Assembly: GCA_964016885.1 (NCBI GenBank)
Contig: OZ024744.1
Span: 66,216,001-66,280,000 of the forward strand
Direction of reading: 5' to 3'
DNA length: 64,000 nucleotides
Source: Eledone cirrhosa
Taxonomy: Eukaryota
Part shown: positions 36,823 through 47,407 of the stretch, in pieces
Numbering within the stretch: the stretch's first letter is position 1
Layout of the letters: each line of letters begins with the position of its first letter
The notes under the pieces: model-generated
What the model saw: the letters and a program-made list of their open reading frames with translations, nothing else
The model's database searches: none
What the model was told of the DNA's origin: nothing
Translations under genes and position numbers: made by a program

Positions 36823-38229
36823 CTATATATATATGTATGCAAAAAGTAAACAGAAAACAACACACCAGAACATTACAGTACAATGAAGATATATATTAGT
36901 TTAACACTTGATATAGTAGGAAAAGCACATTGACGTTTTGGGCGTTAGTCTTTCATCAGAAGATAGAATAAGAAGTAAATGAAGAAATTGAAAAAATAAA
37001 TTTTCTTTTAGTAAAGGCACATGTGTGTTCAGTTCGCCATATTAGGAAGTCCCTAATTTTTATGAGTAGTAGTAGTATATATATATGTATATGCACAAAA
37101 ACCTAAGTGTAGTTTCTTCTTTCTATTAAAATCCAACCACAATATATTTGGAAACCTGAGGGAAAAGTGCAAAACACTTAACCAAAAATGCTGAATAGTA
37201 TGATTAAACATAAAACCACATGATTCTGAAGTAGACTACTTCCCCAAACAGGCATGACTGTACATATGTATATACATACATGTAGATACATAGATATAGT
37301 GGAGGCATGTGTCTAGTGGTAAGTGTGTTTGACTTACGATCATAATGTTGTGGGTTTGATTCCTAGGTTGCCTGTTGTGTTCTTTAGCAAAACACTTCAT
37401 TTCATGTTGCTCTAGAGGGAAGTATTATACTCTCAGTCGCTTCCTGCCATGAAACCGGGATAAGCACCAGCCAAATGAGTCTTCTGGCTTAAGACAGACT
37501 TTAGAGATACATAGATACAGGTGGCGAATTGGCAGAGTTGTTAGAACGTTGGATAGAATGTTTTAAGGTATTTGTTGTGCCTTTCTGCTCTCTGAGTTCA
37601 AATCCTGCTGAGGTCATCTTTGAGGTTGAGCAAAAATGTACCAGTGTAGTACTGAGGTCAATTCTTTCTCTATATCTCTTTTTCAGTTTCTGTCTCTCAC
37701 TTTCTAAGTTTCTCTGGAAGAAATGTGCTCTACTTAGGTCTGGAGAGGGATAACGCCGCCAGGATTAAAATGCCCAAGAAACGCTGTATGTCAATACGGT
37801 GCCCCGACCACTCTATCAAGTGTTATGGGACCATACCATACTATACATACAGTGAAAGCCAACTTGTGTCCAAGTATGACCACTTCTTAGAAACCCCCCC
37901 CCCCCCCAGACATTGGCAAAATCATGTTATTTATGTTGCTGTCACTGATGCTTCCTTAGATGGCTCATCAAACCAGGAAGTAAAATACATATCATACCAC
38001 ATAGTGTGCAGGTATGTTTCCTGCCAGCTTCAGTTTCATTGGTGTGGTATGCTTTGCAGTGCCTTGTTAGCCCACCTACAGAGTGACACACTTTGGTACA
38101 CATGCCACTTGTAAAATCAAGGTATATAGGCTACTAAAAAGGTGTTATTTCCATGAGTATGACATCTGCTATGGCTTAGTAACCCAGCCTTTGACACACA
38201 CACAGACACATATACACACGTACATACAT

Positions 38230-38540
38230 GCATGATGGCTGACCCCTTGTTATCGAGTATGGTCATTGCACGATATACCATTTTTAATAATTATTAATTA
38301 ATCCTATCGTGCAATGCCTGTGTGGGAAGATATTTTTTAAAGTGAGGAAAGACTGTGCACTGAGCCAATCCCACTCTTTGAGCGACAGTAGCTATAACCC
38401 GAAAAGAAGAAAAGATCAACATCATTGGTTACTACTGAGCCGCAGGTTTTATATTAGAGTTATCCCAGATTCTTGAGTTGCCTTCTCCTAGAAGAATGCC
38501 CTGACAAAGGCTAGGGGTCCTTCACTCCCAGTGGTTTAAC
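38230..38540 (-). mobile_element. Probable RTE-derived non-autonomous (bipartite) element
   Basis: About 180 bp is repeated at 42019-42200. Contains a 12-bp stem CATTGCACGATA/TATCGTGCAATG around TTAATAATTATTAA, plus RTE-like end motifs (TAGGAGAAGG; CATACTCGATAACAAGGGG). Confidence 0.5.
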
Positions 38541-39289
38541 ATACATACATACATGTCTACATCTCTCACAGGTAAGTGTCTTTTTCAAACCCTGTTCTGG
38601 GAGCAGATTAACACACACATGCGTCTTATATTCTGTTGAATTTGTTAATCACATTGATCATTTGCAGCTTGTTTTTAGGGTTTACATGCTTGTGGATTGT
38701 TATTGATGATGGAGTAACTACAGTGTATTATTAGGGCTAATTTATGGTTTGTTTTGAGGCAGTTTCTGTTTCGTTTTATGAGACTTTTGAATGTGTTCAT
38801 TTATTCTATTGATGGAATGTATTTGATTCATATGGCTACACTAGCTGTCTAATTCGTATTTTTCTATTTGGTGTAATGTCTGCTGAATTGTATATTTATA
38901 TCTATATTCATCTGTGTCATGGTCTACTAGTTTGTTTGAATATTCTATTAATAATTAGAGTTTGTTTTCATCATTATCAGCTATGTTTAACATCCATTTT
39001 CCATGCTAGCATGGATTAGACGAGTTGCCTCATTGTGAGACAAATCATATCACCTGATTGAGAGACCGGTTTCTTTAGCAGTAATGCAAGTCTCTCGCAA
39101 GAGGATACACTGTTCTTTGACTGCATCCTTCACATTTCAATTGATAAAATTAAAGAACCCTGCTTCTTCATCATCATCATCATCGTAGTTGTTATCATCG
39201 TTTAGCGTCCATTTTCCTTGCTAGCATGGGTTAGATGAGTTGGCCTGTTATGAGACACAATAAGACCACTACACATCTGTATAAAAAAA

Positions 39290-39475
39290 ACAGCCCAACA
39301 CACATTCATTCTCCTTCAAGAAACACATGGATAAGTGCAAGAACAAAAATAAAGATATAACAGTCACTATCAAGGACAAGTATAGGAATATTGGTAATCT
39401 CAGAATAAAAGAATTTATACTAATAACCAAACTGAAACCCCAAATGAACAATCGACTAGAACTCAATACCTAATG
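39290..39475 (+). mobile_element. PLE GIY-YIG C-terminal fragment
   Basis: SFKKHMDKC..LRIKEFILITKLKPQMNNRLELNT* resembles the L.IKE...I..LKP.LN end of Penelope-type endonucleases. Confidence 0.55.
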
Positions 39476-40332
39476 GCTAACATAGACATACACAGTGCAA
39501 CATTTCATTCCACTTTAAAAAAGATACAACAATAGTTTAGATCACATAGCATGTGGCCCATTCACCACTTCCAGGATTAAAAGATTAAAAGAACAAAAAA
39601 AAAAAATGAAAATATATAAATAATACCACTTTCAAATTTCAAAAAATGGTAGCTTAGAAAATCCAAAATATATACGGCTCTGAAATACTTTCTTCTATTA
39701 ACCTTTTGATGAAGAGTCAACTTAAGCTATCATTGTTTTGAGGCTGATAAAATAAAGTATTGGTTCAGATTGGTGGATTAGCAGAATTCCTAGAGCATTC
39801 GTCAAGATGCCTTGGGATATTTGCTTTGGATCTTTGCATTCTAATGTAAATTTAATTAGTCTCCCAGGCTTAACACTATCACCTGAACCTTGGTATTTGA
39901 GCCAGGTCTCCAGTTTCAGGATAATATCACTCCTTCCTCTTCTAGTTCAAGAGACACAGAAAAAATAATAAAAGGTCATAGGCACTGGTTTTCATCTACC
40001 TTTCTAACTAAATGGTAAAAAAAAAAAAAAAAAAGTGATTTGATTTGTGACAGTGTGTTGTGTTGGGACTAAAACAATTACATCATGAGAGAGTCATATG
40101 TTGTATCTAAAAATACACATGCACTGTTGTATCCCCTTATTTTCACTATAATTTTCATGTATAAAATGTCCAATGTACAAAATATAATTAAAGGTTATCA
40201 TCATAGTACATGTAATAGAAATAAGAGATAACAATATGTTGGATATTCTCAAGAGAAAAATATATGTACTCTCATATGATGCTCTACAGAAGAAGAAAAT
40301 CAACAATAAATCTGATAATAATGATAATAATA

Positions 40333-40373
<41 letters not shown>

Positions 40374-40493
40374 AATAAATAAATAAATATTTTCTGACAA
40401 GTTCTCTTTGAAAATAGCAAATATGAAAGAACCTATGAGATAAACACTGAAGATGAGAATCAAAAGATCAGAAGTACTTTCTGTACAGGCCAA

Positions 40494-40548
<55 letters not shown>

Positions 40549-40966
40549 GAAATAATGAAAATAAAAAAATAAAAAATCGAAAAGTGCTGTAGTAGTACAT
40601 TAATTTAAGAGGTAGGAATGAATGATTTATAGAACTACTAGATATAAAGACTAAGAAGTTGGGGGAAGGAGATGAAAAAAAAATATGGGAAGAAAATATA
40701 TTGATTTTTACCATTATCATCTTGTGAAAAACCCACAAAAAAAAAAAAAAATATATATATATATACAAACTACAAGCACTCCTCCCCTTAAAATAGCATA
40801 TGCCAGAATTTAGATATTTAGCTATGACAATGTTCTATGATGAAATCCCACTGGATTGGCATTGTCATTTGTCCTTCCAGTATTGATAAAATATGTAAAA
40901 ATCAGGTCATGGATTTGATTCAATTTACTAAATACACACGCGGTTGTGTGTGGGTGTGTATACACA

Positions 40967-41013
<47 letters not shown>

Positions 41014-41554
41014 TTATATATATATATATATATCATCATCATTTCATTTTATGTCCACTTTTCCCTGCTTGCAAGGGTGGGACGGGAACTGATGCTGGCT
41101 TGATTTCTACAGCTGGATGCCCTTCCTAACACCAACCTCATTTACAGTGAGTGCTGGGTGCTTTTTTGCCGTGGCACCTCCACGACCACTTTGCAGTGGA
41201 ATGTTAGGACTCCAGTCCCTATCATCTCATTTCTACAGCTGAGTAAACTGGAGCAACGTGAAATAAAGTGTCTTGCTCAAGGGAACAACACATCACCCGG
41301 TCTGAGAATTGAACTATATGAGAATTGAAATATATATATATACACATACATATACACATATATATATATATATATATAATGTATATATATATATAATATA
41401 TATATAGATTTTGAGTTTATGTTGGTTGTATACCAACACCTCAGTATGCAGGCTGGAGCACTCGACGAAGTGCGCAGGTTGGTTTGGTTACTCCGGAGTA
41501 GTGTAAAATAAAGTTAAATAAAAGTCAAATGATTAAAATTTAGCTTCGTTTATT

Positions 41555-41609
41555 ACTGCTATATATATTTCAGTGACAGCCATCTTTGGCTGTGACCTCT
41601 TCAGGCAGT
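41555..41609 (-). ncRNA. Type I hammerhead (left arm of palindrome)
   Basis: ACTGC-CTGAAGA-GGTCACAGCCA-AAGA-TGGCTGTCACT-GAAA-TATATA-TA-GCAGT-AATAAA. Confidence 0.88.
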
Positions 41610-41825
41610 TTGAATTAGTATGGTATAGACAAGTACATATGTTGTTTAGGTGTATGATATTGTCAATACTCTGATATGCCCAGTTCCTTGCTGGGTTGTT
41701 AATTCACTGGGGAACTGGAGTTCCCCAGTGAATTAACAACCCAGCAAGGAACTGGGCATATCAGAGTATTGACAATATCATACACCTAAACAACATATGT
41801 ACTTGTCTATACCATACTAATTCAA

Positions 41826-41880
41826 ACTGCCTGAAGAGGTCACAGCCAAAGATGGCTGTCACCGAAATATATATAGCAGT
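41826..41880 (+). ncRNA. Type I hammerhead (right arm of palindrome)
   Basis: ACTGC-CTGAAGA-GGTCACAGCCA-AAGA-TGGCTGTCACC-GAAA-TATATA-TA-GCAGT, followed directly by AATAAA. Confidence 0.9.
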
Positions 41881-41934
41881 AATAAACGAAGCTAAATTTT
41901 AATCATTTGACTTTTATTTAACTTTATTTTATAA

Positions 41935-41966
<32 letters not shown>

Positions 41967-42263
41967 CATATATATAAATACATATATATACATATATATA
42001 TACATACATATATATATATGATGGGTGCCCCCTTGTTATCGAGTATGGCACGATATACCATTATTAATAATTATTAATTAATTCTATCGTGTAATGCCTG
42101 TGCATGAAGATATTTTTTAAAGTGAGGAAAGACTGTGCACTGAGCCAATCCCACTCTCTAAGCGACAGTAGCTATAACCATAAAAGAAGAAAAGATCAAC
42201 ATATATATATATACATATATACATACATACATACATATATATATACATACATACATACATACA

Positions 42264-42299
<36 letters not shown>

Positions 42300-42451
42300 T
42301 ATATGTTATACTTTGGGAGGGTCATGTTGCCAATAAGAAACACACGCACCAGTTGCTTTCACTCCAATTTATTATAAATTAAATTTATAAATTTAAGAAT
42401 TTATAAATTTCCGGTTGGTTGGTTCCACAACCGGACGGTTGTTCATATATT

Positions 42452-42494
42452 GTCAAAGTTCTTTCGTCACACATTCTGTGACCTCTTCAGTGAC
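42452..42494 (-). ncRNA. Minimal type I hammerhead
   Basis: GTCA-CTGAAGA-G-GTCACA-GAATG-TGTGAC-GAAA-GAAC-TT-TGAC. Confidence 0.85.
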
Positions 42495-42744
42495 TGGGGA
42501 TTCTTTTCTTTGTTTTTGTGCCTCTCCTTTGTTCTGTCCTACGCCATCTTGTTTTTGTGTGTGTTGCGTGCTTAGTTTGCGCATGTGCTACATCCGGGTG
42601 ACTGTGTATGTTTATATTTGTTTATTTATTTGATTATTTACATGTGACTGGTTGGTTGTTTGTTATATGTGTGTGTGTGTTTTCATTTTGTCCTTAATTG
42701 TAAGTTGTGATGTTGCTATTCCATTCATGTTTTCTATTTAATTT

Positions 42745-44365
42745 TGGTTGTTTTTTGTGGTCTACCTCGACTGCATCTTCCTTCTACTGGGATTTCTTGG
42801 CACTTCTTTACCCAGTGGTCATCCTCCATGTGCATCACATGTCCATACCATCTCAGCCTTCTCTCCTGCTCACCACAACTTATCCCTCTTATACCCAGTT
42901 TCTTTCTCAATTCGTCTATGCTTGATCGTTCACGCACATTGACATTGCACATCCAACGGAGCATACTTGCCTCATTTCTCTCCAACCGTCGCATGTCTTC
43001 TGCAGTTGCTGCCCATGTCTCACTACCATGCAACATTGCGCATCTCACACAGGTATCATATAACCGTCCTTTCGTATCCAGGGAGAAACCCTTCTTTGTC
43101 AACAGAGGAAGCAACTTCCTAAACTTCTTCCAACCCGTTTTTATTCTAGATACTATGGCCTCGGAACACCCTCCTCCCTTACTAATTTGATCACCTAGGT
43201 ATCGGAAGCTATCAACCACTTCTATAGAACCCACCTGCATTTGAAAAATGTGTCTATCACTGAGATTACTACTGCCAACTTTTCCTGTACATCTACTTCA
43301 TACGTACATTTTATGGAATTTATACCAGTTCCTTTCCTACATATCGAACATGGCCATTTCCCCGATGGAATCAGAGTATTGTCCTCTCTTCTACTCAGCA
43401 ACACTTTTGTCTTAGCTAGGTTCACTCTCAGGCCTCTTGCTTCCAACTGCTGTTTCCATAGCAAGAATTTATTCTCTACCTCCTCTACTGATTCTGCTAT
43501 AAGAACCAGATAATCAGCATAGAGAAGTTCCCATGGGCAGCCAGTCTTAAACTCCTCTGTTATGGCTTGGAGGACTATAATGAACAAGAGCAGGCAGAGG
43601 ACCGATCCCTGATGTACACCTACTTGTATCTGGAATTCCTCACTAAACTCCATTCCTATTCTCACTTTAATGACAGCACCCCTGTACATAGCTTGCACTG
43701 TCCTCATAAGCCATTCCTCTACACCTAGTTTCCTTAGGGACTACCAGATGACAGATCGGGGTACCCTATCAAAGGCCTTCTCTAGATCAACAAAAGCTAA
43801 GTATAGTGGCTTATTCTTCTCTAAGAACCTCTCTTGTAATTGCCTCACTAAGAAGAAGGTATCTGTTGTACTTTTCCGAGGCACAAAACCAAACTGCATC
43901 TCATCTAATTTGACCCTTTCTCTAATCAGTTGCGCTAATATTCTCTCTGCCACTTTCATAACCTGATCCATCAGCTTTATGCCCCTATAATTGCTCCTCT
44001 CTAGAGCATCCCCTTTACTTTTGTAGCAATTTATGAGAATACTGCTGCAACAGTCTTTAGGTAAGACACCGCCATATATAGCTTGATTAATGATGCGTGC
44101 AACTAGTTTAGTGCCTACTTCTCTTGATGTCTTCAGCATCTCAGTAACTATCCCTGATGGTCCAGCAGCCTTACCATTCTTCATTTCCTTAATTGCCTCT
44201 TGTACCCTATATTCGTCAATCTCAATAGTTGGTCCCTCTGTCGGGTCTACTGGGGGTAATTTCTCTCTATCCCATTCGTTCTCCACATTCATCAGTCTTT
44301 CATAATGACATTTCCAGGCCTCCTTTTTCTGATCATTTGTGACACTAAGTACACCGGCATCATTA
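42745..44365 (-). mobile_element. RTE LINE fragment (subfamily 2)
   Basis: NYRGIKL, QFGF, DLEKAFDRV, QGSVL, YAD(Y), YLG, MLHGSETW, GRPQKT; PHD insert partly deleted. Confidence 0.93.
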
Positions 44366-44822
44366 TATATATACATATGCACACACACATATATATATAT
44401 ATATATATAAAACTGAAATTGTCTGTGTGTGTGTCTTAATTTTTGCAAAGTCTATACAAATCCACATTTCTACTCCAATTGACTTCAAACATGCATTTAT
44501 ATATTCCTTGCGGTCTAAAGATATTAACTGCAGCTTTTATTTTTCAATTTTCTGTTGTTAAAGGGGTGTTAGGCGCTGGTTAGCGATCTCTCTCTCTTTC
44601 TTAGTCTGTCTTTTTAGATAGATACATAGCTATAACGTCGATTCCTTATAATATCTGTCTGTATGTCTGGCTGTCTGCATTACGACATTATGAAAATATT
44701 GTTCTCATTGCTGACGTATTATCTTCGCTATTTTTCGTTCATTGCCAGGGAACGTCTTCCTGTTTTCCTTCAGTTGCACTGTTTTTCGGAATATTTACTT
44801 TTGCATTCAGATCGATTTTTTT

Positions 44823-44873
44823 AGTTTCAGAAGATCCCGTTAAGGGTGAAAGCAGCGATTCTTTGCTTAAACT
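44823..44873 (+). ncRNA. Variant hammerhead motif, CAGAAGA core (best-preserved copy)
   Basis: AGTTT-CAGAAGA-T-CCC-GTTAA-GGG-T-GAAA-GCA-GCGATTCTT-TGC-TT-AAACT; all three stems pair. Confidence 0.7.
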
Positions 44874-45229
44874 TTAATCTGTTATTTTAGTATATATATA
44901 TAAATATATATTCATGTACAGATATTTTTGCATACACAAAAACAAAATATAAACAAGTGCATTTATTTCATGAAAGCACAGGCGGCTTATTATCATTGTT
45001 ACTGCCGATATGCCACCCCAAAAGTCCCACTACTTTTGACACAAGGCCAGCAATTACATAATCAATGGTTCAGAAATCACATGCATCACTGACGAGTTTA
45101 CTCCTTACTCTAATCATTCATTGTAGATATAGTATCCTATGGTTGGTGTAGGAATGGAGTTAAATATTCGTTTAAAGACAACAGATGACCAAACTGGAAA
45201 CATTCTTTACACATTTTAATGTTGCGGAA

Positions 45230-45293
45230 ACACTATATGTATTTCAATAGCTTAGTTAAATATCATGCGACCCTGGGCAATTTCATCAGGTGT
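45230..45293 (-). ncRNA. Type I hammerhead with partly decayed stem II
   Basis: ACAC-CTGATGA-AATTGC..GCTATT-GAAA-TACATA-TA-GTGT. Confidence 0.75.
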
Positions 45294-45463
45294 AGATTGC
45301 AAAAGTAGTTATATAAGATAACAGGATTACAGCAAACACAAACACAGAATAGAGAATATATTTCATTCGGGGAGTGGGGGGGGGGGTGATAGCTTACCAA
45401 TTCTGTGTTATTGTAATTTGTAAACAATCCTCCCAATGGAACACACTCAGCTGGATGTATTGA

Positions 45464-45464
<1 letters not shown>

Positions 45465-45509
<45 letters not shown>

Positions 45510-46060
45510 TGAGAGTGAGTGAGAGTTTGTGTATGAGAGAGTGAGAGAGAGGCCGTGTATGTGAGAGAGAGAGAGAGGGGGAGTGTGTGTGACCGAATGT
45601 GGGTGTATATGTGAGAGTGCGTGTGTCTGAGAAAAAGAAAGTGTATGCTTATGTGTTTGAGAGAGAAAGAGTGTGTGAGAGAGAGTGTGTGAGAGTGAGG
45701 AGAGTGTATGTCTGCGAGAGAGTGTATGTGTGTGAGAGAAAGAGAGTGTGCATGCATGCGTGTGCGAGTGAATGTGTATGTCAGAGAGAGAGAGAGAGTG
45801 TTTGTGTGAGAGAGCGCGAGCACATGTGTGTGTGTGTGTGAGAGTGTATATGTGTGTGAGAGTGAGTGTGTGTGTGTGAGAGAGAGAGCGAGAGTGTGTG
45901 TGTATGAGAGAGAGAGGGAGAGAGTGTATATGGGTGTATATGAGAGAGCGAGAGTGTATTTTCATATGAGAGTGTGGGAGAGAGAGAGAGAGAGCGAGAG
46001 ACAGAGAGAGAGAGAGAGAGAGAGCGAGACAGAGAGAGAGAGAGACAGAGAGAGAGAGAA
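45465..46060. repeat. Compound (GA)n/(GT)n low-complexity tract
   Basis: Direct inspection. Confidence 0.9.
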
Positions 46061-46448
46061 GCAAGAAATCTTTAATGTTTATATGGTCGGTGAGGGGGGT
46101 GAGGGAGGGAGGGAGGCTTTGTCAACAAAATGTCTACCAGATTTATAATGTTTGATCAAATGAATCTGTGGTTTTTTTAGTAATGGAAGTGACAGTGGTT
46201 GTTATAATCATGTCCTGTTTAGTTGAGGTTGATGAATTTCAATTGTTTAGTAATATAGTAATATTTGTTTATCACTCTCGTTGTTTGTTTATTCCTTTAT
46301 TTGTTTAGTTAAGGAGTTTTTATTTGTTTGGCATACAAACATATGTACAGATGGACATGTAGGCGGAGGGGGGGGGGGGGGGGGCACCGGCGGCATCATC
46401 ATCATCATTCTCATTTTCATCCTCATCATCATCACCACCATCATTTAA

Positions 46449-46669
46449 CCCTTTATCATTTAAACTGGCCGTATCTGGCCAGAATTCTCTCCCCTTCTTT
46501 CTGTTCAAACTGGCTGTAACCAGCTGCTCATACTGATGTTAAGGTATTGTACTCAAAATAAATAATATCAAAATCTCGTAGATTCAATATTATGTGAGAT
46601 AATTATGTGAGGTAAAGCTTTACCATGAAAATACAATAGTAAATATAGAGTAATGTAAATGTTAAATGG
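46449..46669. mobile_element. piggyBac-type MITE inserted in the TTAA of an RTE/SINE tail
   Basis: CATCAT-TTAA-CCCTTTATCATTT ... AAATGTTAAATGG-TTAA-CATCC. Confidence 0.8.
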
Positions 46670-47407
46670 TTAACATCCATTTATCCACACTAGCATGGGT
46701 TAGATGAGTTGTTCTGTTGCGAGACAAGCTAGGTCAGGTGACCATGTCTTGCTCATACAAATTTTGAATTGATTTTGGCTTTGTTTCTATGGCTGGATGC
46801 CCTTCCTAACACCAACCACATTTACAGTGTGGGCTGTGTGCTTTTTGTTGTGACACCTACATGACCACTTTACAGTGTGGGCTGGGGCTTTTTTGTTGTA
46901 ACAGATTTAACCTAACAACAAATGTTTTGATAATCAAAAATGGAGAAAGCAGGCTTTGTTAACATCAATTTTCCACATCAATTTTTGTACATGTTATAAA
47001 GATCCTTTATATATATTACCAGGTGAGCTTTTCAAACACTGTTTTTTAATCATTTTCCTTATATAACATCACCTGTATAGAACGTTTTCTAATGTCCACA
47101 CTTTCTTCATGATACACACACACACACACACACATATATATAGTATTAATATATAAGGGAACATTCTTGCCATTCTGAGTTCAAATCCCGCCGAGGTTTA
47201 CTTTGCCTTTCATCCTTCCGGGGTCGATAGAATAAAGTACCAGTAATGCACTGGGTAATTGCTGGCCTTGTGCCAAAAGTAGAAACAATTAATATATAAG
47301 GGAACAAAGAATCAGTGTTGCATCATATACATATTTAATTACATATTACATATGTTTCACTGCTGATCAGCTCGGCAGTGTTTGTTTGTGTGTGTGTGTG
47401 TAAAACA

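Larger units (their letters stand above)
41504..41931. repeat. 428-bp near-perfect palindrome (inverted pLTR pair)
   Basis: Arms mirror around GG at 41717-41718; I saw one mismatch (CACTG vs CACCG). Confidence 0.95.

Noticed and set aside
38230-38300. HDV-like ribozyme in RTE-related repeat
   Set aside because: Could not build the nested double pseudoknot by eye.
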